A DNA stretch of 64,000 bases, from the NCBI GenBank assembly GCA_001804285.1, contig MHFR01000013.1:8920-72919 (forward strand), given 5' to 3'. The stretch is from Candidatus Danuiimicrobium aquiferis (lineage in GTDB: Bacteria > Omnitrophota > Omnitrophia > Omnitrophales > Danuiimicrobiaceae). Below the pieces are notes generated by a model. That model was not told where the DNA came from and made no database searches. It was given only the letters and a program-made list of their open reading frames with translations. Position numbers and translations under genes: made by a program. Of this stretch, positions 18,712-27,681 are shown piece after piece (within the stretch, counting starts at the first letter, position 1; each line of letters opens with the position of its first letter).

Positions 18712-19486
18712 CGTTTTTGTGTTTATGTTCGGTACGATTTTCGGGAGCTTTTTTAATGTGTGTATTTACCGGCTTCCGCTCGAAGAATCTGTGGTGGCGC
18801 CGCCTTCTCATTGTCCGAAGTGTAATCATCCGATCCGCTGGTATGACAATATTCCGATTTTGAGTTTCATTTTTCTCCGGGCGAAATGCCGGGATTGCGG
18901 AACGAAAATCTCAATCCGCTATCCGGTGATCGAGCTGATTACCGGATTAGGTTTTTTATGGATGTGGATCATATATGGTTTGTCGGTTCAGGCATTTGTC
19001 GGTGTGTTTTTATTTTCTTGTTTATTGATTGCAACCGTGGTGGATATTGATCACCAAATTATTCCCGATGAAGTGAGCCTCGGTGGACTTGTGGTCGGGT
19101 TGATCTTAAGTTTTATTTTTCCCGCTATTCATGCACAGCAAATTTGGTGGAAGGGCGGAGTTCAGGGATTGGTGGGAGCGCTGGCCGGCGGTGGGATTAT
19201 TTACATTACGGGGGTTGTCGGTGATTTTGTATTCAAAAAAGAATCGATGGGCGGCGGTGATGTGAAGCTTCTTGCGATGATCGGATCGATTGTCGGTTGG
19301 CAGAATGTTTTGCTCGTTTTTTTTCTTGCGCCGGTTCTGGCGGTTCCGCTCGGGCTTTATCTTAAGTTTGTGAAACATGAGGAAGTTCTCCCGTTCGGGC
19401 CGTTTATTTCGGTTGCCGGCTGGATTGCATTTTTGTGGGGAGAACCGATCATTTATTGGTATCTCAACGGAATGAGATTTTCTTAG
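18689..19486 (+). CDS. pilD: Prepilin peptidase / N-methyltransferase (A24)
   Basis: GSFFNVCIYRLP, SHCPKC, CRDC, DIDHQIIPD, MGGGDVKL, PFGPF. Confidence 0.95.
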   Translation: MMFYALHSVFVFMFGTIFGSFFNVCIYRLPLEESVVAPPSHCPKCNHPIRWYDNIPILSFIFLRAKCRDCGTKISIRYPVIELITGLGFLWMWIIYGLSVQAFVGVFLFSCLLIATVVDIDHQIIPDEVSLGGLVVGLILSFIFPAIHAQQIWWKGGVQGLVGALAGGGIIYITGVVGDFVFKKESMGGGDVKLLAMIGSIVGWQNVLLVFFLAPVLAVPLGLYLKFVKHEEVLPFGPFISVAGWIAFLWGEPIIYWYLNGMRFS

Positions 19487-19492
19487 AGTGCT

Positions 19493-19634
19493 GTTTCATA
19501 AGTTTGTCATCCCCGCGAAAGCGGGGATCCATAAGTCAATTAGAACCGAATAGTTCAATGGATTCCCGCTAAAAGATTGCGGGAATGACAGTTCTGCAAC
19601 AGATCCTTTCGCGGGGATGACAAGCTTATGAAAC
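19493..19634. repeat. Compound family A REP element with 29-bp outer IR and three arms
   Basis: 19493-19521 vs 19606-19634 match 28/29; complete doublet at 19505-19590. Confidence 0.85.
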
Positions 19635-19664
19635 TGCCGAACTACTTATACAAAGGAGACGGAC

Positions 19665-20780
19665 ATGATTGAATTTATGACATGCGGAGAATCGCACGGG
19701 AAACAATTGTCGGCGATTTTAGAAGGAATGCCGAGCGGGATCCGGATGGATCCGGATTTGATCAATCATGATTTGTGGCGGCGGCAGCAGGGATTTGGAC
19801 GCGGCGGCCGGCAGAAAATCGAGAGCGACAAAATTGAAATCACGGGCGGTATTTACCGCGGACGGACGACGGGTGCCCCGATTGGCCTTTCGATTCACAA
19901 CAAAGACGCTAAAATTGATGAGCTTCCTCAGCTTTGGCGTCCCCGGCCGGGTCATGCGGATTTGGCCGGTGTCCTCAAATATAATGTCGGAATACGCGAA
20001 ATTCTGGAACGCGCAAGCGCCCGCGAAACAGCCATGCGCGTTGCAGTCGGTTCGATTGCGAAACTTTTTTTGCTTGATTTTGGGATTAAAGTGGCGGCGC
20101 ATGTGGTTCAAATCGGAAAAGCAAGGATCAAGGCGGAGGTTTCATTCGATGCGATTCTAAAGAGGAGCGACGATTCTCAAGTGAACTGTGTTTCGCCGGA
20201 TGTTGAAAAGGCTATGATCCGTGAAATTAAGAAGGCGATGAAAGATGAAAATACGGTGGGCGGTAAATTTGAGGTTTGTGTAAGAGGTGTGCCGATCGGT
20301 TTGGGCTCGCATGTTCATTACAAGAGGAAACTTGACGGCCGGATTGCACAGGGTTTGATGAGTTTGCAAACGGTCAAAGCGGTTGAATTTGGAATTGGTG
20401 TGCTGGCCGCCGAGGTGTTTGGATCGGAAGCTCATGACGAAATCTATTTCGATCCAAAACGAAGCTATTATCACACGACGAATCGTGCGGGTGGAATTAC
20501 CGGCGGGATGTCGAACGGTTCTGAAATCCGTGTCCGGGCGATCATGAAACCGATTTCGACGCTTGGCAAGCCGCTTCGTTCCGTTAATATGAAGACAAAG
20601 GCTCCGGAAAAAGCAGACTTCGAACGCTCGGACATTTGCGCGGTTCCGGCCGGAAGTGTGGTCGGCGAATCGATCGTGGCGTTTGAAATAGCCGATGCGT
20701 TTCTCGAAAAATTCGGCGGTGATTCCGTGGCGGAGATTAAACGGAACTATAAGGGATATTTGAGGTCGATTGAAGTGTGA
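19665..20780 (+). CDS. aroC: Chorismate synthase
   Basis: TCGESHG, RPGHAD, ERASARETA, NRAGGITGGMSNG, MKPISTL, RSDIC. Confidence 0.98.
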   Translation: MIEFMTCGESHGKQLSAILEGMPSGIRMDPDLINHDLWRRQQGFGRGGRQKIESDKIEITGGIYRGRTTGAPIGLSIHNKDAKIDELPQLWRPRPGHADLAGVLKYNVGIREILERASARETAMRVAVGSIAKLFLLDFGIKVAAHVVQIGKARIKAEVSFDAILKRSDDSQVNCVSPDVEKAMIREIKKAMKDENTVGGKFEVCVRGVPIGLGSHVHYKRKLDGRIAQGLMSLQTVKAVEFGIGVLAAEVFGSEAHDEIYFDPKRSYYHTTNRAGGITGGMSNGSEIRVRAIMKPISTLGKPLRSVNMKTKAPEKADFERSDICAVPAGSVVGESIVAFEIADAFLEKFGGDSVAEIKRNYKGYLRSIEV

Positions 20781-20783
20781 ATC

Positions 20784-20943
20784 TGAAATTCCAATGACCA
20801 AGGGCCAATGACACAAATAAATCCCAAAAGGATTAATTTCTAATTGTGAATTGAAACATTGAAACTTCCTTGGTCATTGTCCGCTTAGTAAACTGGCGGA
20901 TCCGCCGGTGTGTTTGGCGGAGGATTTGAACATTGAGATTTCA
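20784..20943. repeat. Family D heptamer inverted array with a nested 42-bp family B element (20880-20921)
   Basis: Aligns with 5839-5968; TTCCTTGGTCATTG|insert|GGATTTG. Confidence 0.85.
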
Positions 20944-20981
20944 CAACGCGTTATATTGCCAGTAACCAGTAAATTAATACT

Positions 20982-21515
20982 ATGAAAAATATCTACTTAA
21001 TCGGAATGATGGGTTCGGGCAAGACGGCAACGGGATTTGCCTTGTCGCGGATTCTCAAAATCCCGTTCATTGATGTGGATGAAATGATTGTGAAGCGCGC
21101 CGGAAAGACCATCAATAATATATTTGCGGATCACGATGAAGTGTTTTTCAGGGGCGTGGAGCGGGAAGTTCTTGCTTCTGTCGCTGCGCGGACTGATCAA
21201 GTGATTTCAACGGGCGGCGGAATCGTTCTGGATCCGGCGAATCAAGCGGTGATGAAAACGACGGGAACCGTTATTTATTTAAACACAGGGCTCGAAACCC
21301 TTTGGAAAAGGGTTCGCGCGCGAAGCGACCGGCCGCTGCTTTTGACGGATGATCCCAAAAAAACATTAGAGACGATTTTTTTAGTACGAAAAACACTTTA
21401 TGAACAGACGGCAGATTTTGTATTTTTAACCGATGACAATACGCCTCACGGACTGGCGGAGGAAATTGTCAGAACATGTTTTCCACCGGAGACTCATGAA
21501 ACAAATCAAAGTTAA
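20982..21515 (+). CDS. aroK: Shikimate kinase
   Basis: NIYLIGMMGSGKT, STGGG, RPLL. Confidence 0.96.
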   Translation: MKNIYLIGMMGSGKTATGFALSRILKIPFIDVDEMIVKRAGKTINNIFADHDEVFFRGVEREVLASVAARTDQVISTGGGIVLDPANQAVMKTTGTVIYLNTGLETLWKRVRARSDRPLLLTDDPKKTLETIFLVRKTLYEQTADFVFLTDDNTPHGLAEEIVRTCFPPETHETNQS

Positions 21516-22647
21516 ACACGCTAAAGGCCAATATAAGATTCTCATCGGCACGGATTTGCTTCCCAAAACCGGTGTGTTTCTCAAATCCCTTGTGGGTGGA
21601 AGAAAAATTCTCATTGTTTCGCATCGGACGATTGCAAAATATCATTCAGGAACCGTCAAACACTCGCTTGAGAAAGCAGGATTCGAGGTGCATTCTTATT
21701 TACTTCCATACGGTGGAGAGCGGGACAAATCCGAGCAGGTGTTGAAATCGCTTTGGAAGAAAATGGCGGATATTGGATTGGACCGTTCAAGCGCGCTGCT
21801 TGCACTCGGCGGCGGGGTGGTCGGCGATTTGGCCGGATTTGCGGCGGCAACTTATATGCGCGGAATTTCTGTCGTTCAAGTGCCGACAACGCTTTTGGCT
21901 CAAGTCGATAGCGCGATCGGCGGGAAAACCGGAATGGATCTTTATCAAGTCAAAAATATTGTCGGCGCGTTTCATCAGCCGCGAATGGTGATTTGCGATA
22001 TGAACACGCTTAAAACCTTGCCACTCGCAGAATTCCGGAATGCGTTTGCCGAAGTGATTAAATACGGTGTGATTTGGGACGCGAAATTGTTTGATTTGCT
22101 TGAAAAGAAAACAGCGGCGTTTTTCACGTCTTTAAACCGAGGTAAATTAAATCAGAAAGATTTTTCATTTCTTGAAATCATTGTGTATCGATCAGCCAAG
22201 GTAAAGGCAGAGGTTGTTTGTAAGGATGAGTTCGAAACAAGCGGACTTCGAATGATTTTGAATTACGGGCATACCTTCGGTCACGCGTTTGAAAGTGTTT
22301 CAAATTACAGAATTTCACATGGCGAAGCCGTGGCAGTCGGAATGATGCTGGCCGGGGAACTGGCTTTGCGAGAAGGTTTGTTTCCGAAATCCGGTCAAGC
22401 GCGGCAAGTGAAGCTGCTTCGAGAGTCCGGATTGCTTGAGCCGTGGTTTCGGGGGAGATATGCGGCAGCGAAGCTCGTGTCTTTTATGAAGAAGGATAAA
22501 AAAGCGAAGGCCGGTGCTCTCAGGCTTGTGTTGCCTCGTACAATCGGACGCGTGGAAGTCCGGAGTGATTTTTCCGGAGCGAAAGTTTTAAGCTTTTTGA
22601 AAGATGTACTAACAAACAAAACGGGGACAGGTGTTAATGCTCAGTGA
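21496..22647 (+). CDS. aroB: 3-dehydroquinate synthase
   Basis: GGGVVGDLAGF, PTTLLAQVDSAIGGKT, KNIVGAFHQP, LNYGHTFGHA; SD GGAGA before 21496. Confidence 0.98.
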   Translation: MKQIKVKHAKGQYKILIGTDLLPKTGVFLKSLVGGRKILIVSHRTIAKYHSGTVKHSLEKAGFEVHSYLLPYGGERDKSEQVLKSLWKKMADIGLDRSSALLALGGGVVGDLAGFAAATYMRGISVVQVPTTLLAQVDSAIGGKTGMDLYQVKNIVGAFHQPRMVICDMNTLKTLPLAEFRNAFAEVIKYGVIWDAKLFDLLEKKTAAFFTSLNRGKLNQKDFSFLEIIVYRSAKVKAEVVCKDEFETSGLRMILNYGHTFGHAFESVSNYRISHGEAVAVGMMLAGELALREGLFPKSGQARQVKLLRESGLLEPWFRGRYAAAKLVSFMKKDKKAKAGALRLVLPRTIGRVEVRSDFSGAKVLSFLKDVLTNKTGTGVNAQ

Positions 22648-22698
22648 TTTAGGTAACTCTTTTCGAAATTGGATATTGGATTGTTATTATTTTAAGAT

Positions 22699-22860
22699 TG
22701 TCATCCCTGCCTGTCCGGCAGGCAGGTCCGCAAGCTTTCCTTGGGAAAGAAAGGGCCGGCCCCAGTTTTTCCGGGGTAGGCGGGGATCTAAGAGCAAGTG
22801 TTCTCTTGGTAAAGCTTTAGCAAAAGCAGAGATTCCCGCCTAAGGCATGCGGGAATGACA
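22699..22860. repeat. Family A REP doublet whose left arm carries two nested palindromic inserts
   Basis: Inserts at 22706-22726 (21 bp) and about 22738-22776 (39 bp); removing them restores the arm. Confidence 0.85.
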
Positions 22861-22892
22861 TACATTTTTGTTCAGAAAGGCTAAAAATATTT

Positions 22893-24068
22893 ATGTCTAA
22901 CAATTTTGAACAGGTACGAAAATCGGTTTGGTTGCTGAAGGCGCTTTCCGGCTTTGGTGCGCAACAGTTTAAAATTTTCTGCGAAAACGTAAAAGATATT
23001 TCCGATATCCTTTGCAAAGACGCGAGGATGGATTTTTATGGCAAGGGTTATTTTACGAAAGAACAAATTTCAGAGCTCGAAACGCTGATTTCCGGGAATG
23101 AATATGAAAAAGATATTGATCACTGCCGTGAAGCGGGTGTTGAACTGATTTCGGTCTTTGATTCTCGGTATCCCAAAAACCTTTCTGCGATTTACGATCC
23201 GCCGCTCGTCATTTATGTCAAAGGCACGATTCTTCAGGAAGACGAAGTCGGTGTCGGAATTGTCGGGACGCGCCATCCGAGTATCTACGGACTTAAGTGT
23301 GCGGGCAAGTTTGCGTTTGAGCTTGCGGAGAAAGGAGTGACCATTATTTCCGGTCTTGCGCGCGGGATTGATGGGGAGTCGCATCGAGGGGCGCTTCGCG
23401 GAAAAGGACGGACGATTGCAGTATTAGGTTCCGGCCTTGATGTTATTTATCCGAAAGGGCATGAAAATTTGTATGAGCAGATTACGGAATCGGGTGCGGT
23501 GATCAGCGAATATCCTCTCGGAACAGAGCCGGCGCGTTATCATTTCCCGATGCGAAACCGGATTATTGCCGGGCTTTCGATCGGCGTTTTGGTGGTTGAG
23601 GCAAGCCAGAAAAGCGGTGCGTTGATTACGGCGAATATAGCTGCGAATGAAAACCGTGAAGTGTATGTGATTCCCGGGCAAATTGATTCGATTCAGTCGC
23701 TCGGAACCAATCAATTAATTCAAAAAGGTGCAAGATTAGTGACATCTGCGAATGAAATTCTCGAGGACATCAAAAATCCGATTCAGCGGGCGTTGAATCA
23801 ATGGAAGCGGGAGTCTGAGAGCCCGGTACCGCTTCCAAAAGTGCCAGGTTCTAACTCAATTAAATCAGAACCCGGCACTTTTGGAAACGGTACCGGGAGT
23901 AATGACCCACTCCTCAAATTATTATCTGACGAGCCGCTATATTTTGATGAAATTATGCAACTCATGGGCGGCAAGCCTGCGGAAGTTCATACGAAGTTGG
24001 TGAAACTTGAATTGGAAGGCTCCGTAAAAAGATCTTTTGGGGGCGGTTATGTTAAACTTGCAAAATAA
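22893..24068 (+). CDS. dprA: DNA-processing protein DprA
   Basis: YP..L..IYDPP, IVGTR, ISGLARGID, FPMRNRII, SGALITA, C-terminal winged helix. Confidence 0.97.
   Translation: MSNNFEQVRKSVWLLKALSGFGAQQFKIFCENVKDISDILCKDARMDFYGKGYFTKEQISELETLISGNEYEKDIDHCREAGVELISVFDSRYPKNLSAIYDPPLVIYVKGTILQEDEVGVGIVGTRHPSIYGLKCAGKFAFELAEKGVTIISGLARGIDGESHRGALRGKGRTIAVLGSGLDVIYPKGHENLYEQITESGAVISEYPLGTEPARYHFPMRNRIIAGLSIGVLVVEASQKSGALITANIAANENREVYVIPGQIDSIQSLGTNQLIQKGARLVTSANEILEDIKNPIQRALNQWKRESESPVPLPKVPGSNSIKSEPGTFGNGTGSNDPLLKLLSDEPLYFDEIMQLMGGKPAEVHTKLVKLELEGSVKRSFGGGYVKLAK
23822..23897. repeat. 76-bp palindrome inside dprA
   Basis: 31-bp arms (23822-23852 / 23867-23897) with 2 mismatches. Confidence 0.9.
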
Positions 24069-24132
24069 GAAGGTCTCGGGTATACTTCTTTCATTGTTTT
24101 TAAATCTATGCTTTTAACGAAAGGAGCATGTC

Positions 24133-24558
24133 ATGGTTGAAGGTGATCAAACAGTGGTTGGAGGAGGAATGAGCATCCCTGAAGCAGCACCAAAAGGGAG
24201 GCGCTTTGCGTCGGCTTTGGTGGATTTGCTGATTATTCCGATTGTGCTGGGAGTGGTTGCGGGACTATTGCTTTTAGCGGTTCCAGAGATGGTGAGAAAT
24301 ATTATTTTGATAGTCGTTAATATCGGGTGGCTTATTTTCCGGGATAAAGTATTTTCACCCGGCCGGAAAATGGTTGGGTTGAAGCTTATCAGTACGTCGA
24401 GCGAAAATATAACCATCGGACAAGCCTTCATCCGGAACATACTGTTGATTGTTCCGTTTGTATTGGTGGTCGGCTATATTGTGGAAATTGTTTTTCTCCT
24501 TACAAAAGGAAATCGTGTTGCGGACCAGTGGGCTGGAACACGCGTAGTCGTTGCGTAA
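24133..24558 (+). CDS. RDD family membrane protein
   Basis: RRFASALVD, SPGRKMVGLK, AFIRN, RVADQWAGTRVV. Confidence 0.88.
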   Translation: MVEGDQTVVGGGMSIPEAAPKGRRFASALVDLLIIPIVLGVVAGLLLLAVPEMVRNIILIVVNIGWLIFRDKVFSPGRKMVGLKLISTSSENITIGQAFIRNILLIVPFVLVVGYIVEIVFLLTKGNRVADQWAGTRVVVA

Positions 24559-24580
24559 AGAGTTTTACCTTTGCAGGATA

Positions 24581-24642
24581 AAACAAAAAGGGGACACACA
24601 GCAGGGGCAAGTTGAATTAGCTGTATGTTCCCTTTTTTGTTT
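24581..24642 (+). terminator. Intrinsic terminator-like hairpin (possibly bidirectional)
   Basis: AAACAAAAAGGGGACACACAGC...GCTGTATGTTCCCTTTTTTGTTT. Confidence 0.7.
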
Positions 24643-24806
24643 CTTCAAGATCGTTAAATTGTCCGGATCCTCGCCGGGATTGATGTAAAACATTCCAGTA
24701 TAATAATTTAAGTTCAGCCTTCTACCTGTTCATTTTTCTTCCACAAATTGGCAACTCGTCCGGAGGCGTGTTATCCTTTATATGTAAAGACAAAAGGAAG
24801 ACGCAT

Positions 24807-25316
24807 ATGCCGAAACGAAAACCGATGAAAAAGAAAGATCAAAGCCTGTCGGATATCCAATCGGAATTTTCCCAAATCAGACACGATATCAAACAAAAGC
24901 TCAATTACATCAATACGCATCTCGATAAACTTTGGGAAAATGCTGCCATTGCGAATGAACGCTTACAGGATCTCGAAGTGTATATTAACTTATTAGGTCG
25001 CCTGATCACCACCTTATCCGTCGAAAAAATGGGGATTAATCTCAAACACCTAAAGACACTTCTCCAGCGGATTGAAAAAGAGGTGATTGCGGATTCTCAA
25101 ATTCAAGATCTTGAGGAAATGTTTCATATCGGGGAGAGAAAGTTGACCAGCGAAAAACCGGAAGATCCGGCCGTTGAAAGTGAAGAATCCGCGGAATCGG
25201 CCGATTCGGAAGATGTGGTTTATTTCGGCGATGAAGAAAAAGAACTTGGGGATGAATCCGATATCGATGAAGATGAAAAATCCCCCGGTGGTGAAGGCGG
25301 CCCTTCGGAAGAATAA
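24807..25316 (+). CDS. Hypothetical protein, coiled-coil N-terminus and highly acidic C-terminal tail
   Basis: ORF with SD AAGGAAG; E/D/S-rich tail; start could be 24768. Confidence 0.7.
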   Translation: MPKRKPMKKKDQSLSDIQSEFSQIRHDIKQKLNYINTHLDKLWENAAIANERLQDLEVYINLLGRLITTLSVEKMGINLKHLKTLLQRIEKEVIADSQIQDLEEMFHIGERKLTSEKPEDPAVESEESAESADSEDVVYFGDEEKELGDESDIDEDEKSPGGEGGPSEE

Positions 25317-25386
25317 CCCGGATAGTTTCTGTAAGGCGCGATCATAAAAGACCTTGTATGTTTTTTTTAACGTCCGATAAAATTAA

Positions 25387-25415
25387 TTTACAAATTCTAC
25401 GATGCCCAATATAAT
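25387..25415 (+). promoter_or_regulatory. Sigma70-type promoter for topA
   Basis: TTTACA-N17-TATAAT. Confidence 0.65.
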
Positions 25416-25495
25416 ACACCCTTCTATTTCGCGATACGTGTATCGATTTTAAAACTGGTTTCTTAAGCTGTATAAAGCGGATTATTTAATCAATT

Positions 25496-27655
25496 ATGGC
25501 AGTTAAAAAAGCAGAGAAAAGCAAAACCAAACATTTAGTGATTGTCGAATCGCCCACCAAAGCCGGCACAATCAATAAATTCCTTGGTAAAGATTATCAC
25601 GTTGAAGCCTCGTTCGGGCATGTCCGGGATCTACCGAAAAGTAAGATGGGCGTGGATGTTGCGAATGATTTTGTGCCTCAATATATCATTCCGTCAAAGG
25701 CCAAAAAAACCGTCAATAAACTGAAAAAAGCCGCTGAAGGCATGCAGACCATCTTTCTCGCCGCTGACCCTGACAGGGAAGGGGAAGCGATTAGTTGGCA
25801 TTTAGCGGCAATTTTCAATGGTTCAAAGGCCGATATTAAACGGGTCGAATTCAATGAGCTGACCAAAGAAGCGGTTTGCCGCGCATTCGAACATCCCCGG
25901 GAGATTGATGAAAACCTTGTCAATGCGCAGCAGGCCCGGCGTATTTTAGACCGGGTGGTCGGTTACGAGCTCAGCCCTCTCTTGTGGAAAAAAGTCCAAC
26001 GGGGACTCAGTGCCGGCCGCGTTCAGTCGGTTGCGCTTCGGATTATTGTTGAGCGTGAACGCGAAATTCGCGCGTTTGTTCCCGAGGAATATTGGTCTCT
26101 CCACGCGGAGCTTTCTTCGAAACGTCCCGAACAACAATCCAAAATTTTTACGGCGAAACTCGTCAAAATCGGAAAAGAAAAAGCGGAAATTCACAGAGAA
26201 GATGAAATGCTCGGCGTCAAGAATGCGCTAACGAATGCAGAGTTTCGTGTGCTTTCGGTTCAGAAAAAAGAACGTCAGCGAAAGGCGCAAGCACCTTACA
26301 CCACAAGTAAATTACAACAGGAAGCGTATAACCGTCTCGGATTTTCCGCCGTGAAGACGATGAAAGTTGCTCAGTCGCTCTATGAAGGTGTGGATTTAGG
26401 GAAAGACGGAGGACCGGTCGGTTTGATTACGTATATGCGAACGGATTCGGTGAATATTGCTGATGTGGCACGGAAAGAAGCTTCTCAATATATTTATGAA
26501 AAATTTGGCAGTGAATATTACCCGCAAACGCCGAATATGTACAAATCAAAAAAAGGCGCGCAGGAGGCGCACGAAGCCATCCGACCGAGTTCTGCTTACC
26601 GCGAGCCGGAAAAAATCAAGTCCCACCTTAATGAGGAGCAATACAAATTGTATGACTTGATTTGGCGAAAGTTTGTTTCATCTCAAATGACGCCGGCGCG
26701 TGATCTTGTGACTTCGATTGATATTCAGGCGGGAACGGAATATTTCTTTAAAGCGTCCGGGACGAAGAATATTTTTCCCGGATTTTCAGCAGTGTTCGGA
26801 GATTTTCAGAAAAACGTTGAAAAGAAAGAAAATGAAGATAAAAAGGAAGAAGCGGATGAAAGCGGGGACGTGAATGACGATTTCCCTGAGCTTGAAGATA
26901 ACGAACTTCTGAACCTTCATCAGCTCACCGGAAACCAGCATTTCACGAAGCCGCCTCCGCGGTTTAACGATGCAAGTTTGGTCAAAATTTTGGAAGAAAA
27001 AGGAATTGGCCGTCCGAGTACTTACGCACCGACCATTTCAACGCTTGTCTACCGTAATTATGCGGAGCGAAAAGGCGGCGCGTTGATGCCTACGGAACTG
27101 GCGGATACGGTAATTGATCTTTTGGTCAATCATTTTCCGGTTATCCTTGATGTTGAATTTACGGCACGGATGGAAGAAGATTTGGATTTAATTGAAGAAG
27201 GAAAAGCGGATTGGGTGAAGATTCTGAAAGAATTCCATGAGCCTTTTGAGAAACAGCTTGTGGAAGCTCGTGAAAAAATGAAAGACATGAAGAAGCCGGT
27301 TGTGGAGACGGATGAAAAATGTGAAAAATGCGGCAAGACGATGGTGATCCGGTGGGGACGTTTCGGTAAATTTATTGCCTGCTCCGGTTTCCCTGAATGC
27401 CGGAATACGAAAGCCATTTCAACAGGCGTTCCTTGTCCTAAGGAAAATTGCGGCGGTTCCCTGGTGCCGCGCCGCAGCAAGGGAAATCGTAAGTTTTTCG
27501 GATGCTCAAAATATCCGGCGTGCGACTATATTGCGAATCAATTGCCCAAAAGCGATTCTTCAGAATCCTCACCGGTTCCTTCCAGCGCCGAAAGCGGCGA
27601 AAAGCCTTCGACGGATGGTCATCAATCGAAGGCGAGTACAGAGAAAATTCAATAA
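25496..27655 (+). CDS. topA: DNA topoisomerase I
   Basis: LVIVESPTKA, DPDREGE, SAGRVQS, ITYMRTDS (catalytic Tyr), GIGRPSTY, C4 zinc ribbons. Confidence 0.99.
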   Translation: MAVKKAEKSKTKHLVIVESPTKAGTINKFLGKDYHVEASFGHVRDLPKSKMGVDVANDFVPQYIIPSKAKKTVNKLKKAAEGMQTIFLAADPDREGEAISWHLAAIFNGSKADIKRVEFNELTKEAVCRAFEHPREIDENLVNAQQARRILDRVVGYELSPLLWKKVQRGLSAGRVQSVALRIIVEREREIRAFVPEEYWSLHAELSSKRPEQQSKIFTAKLVKIGKEKAEIHREDEMLGVKNALTNAEFRVLSVQKKERQRKAQAPYTTSKLQQEAYNRLGFSAVKTMKVAQSLYEGVDLGKDGGPVGLITYMRTDSVNIADVARKEASQYIYEKFGSEYYPQTPNMYKSKKGAQEAHEAIRPSSAYREPEKIKSHLNEEQYKLYDLIWRKFVSSQMTPARDLVTSIDIQAGTEYFFKASGTKNIFPGFSAVFGDFQKNVEKKENEDKKEEADESGDVNDDFPELEDNELLNLHQLTGNQHFTKPPPRFNDASLVKILEEKGIGRPSTYAPTISTLVYRNYAERKGGALMPTELADTVIDLLVNHFPVILDVEFTARMEEDLDLIEEGKADWVKILKEFHEPFEKQLVEAREKMKDMKKPVVETDEKCEKCGKTMVIRWGRFGKFIACSGFPECRNTKAISTGVPCPKENCGGSLVPRRSKGNRKFFGCSKYPACDYIANQLPKSDSSESSPVPSSAESGEKPSTDGHQSKASTEKIQ

Positions 27656-27681
27656 AAAAATAGGCTGAAATAGTCTAGACT

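Noticed and set aside
22631-22843. 70-aa ORF (PACPAGR...)
   Set aside because: It is a translation of the compound REP element and has no independent coding evidence.
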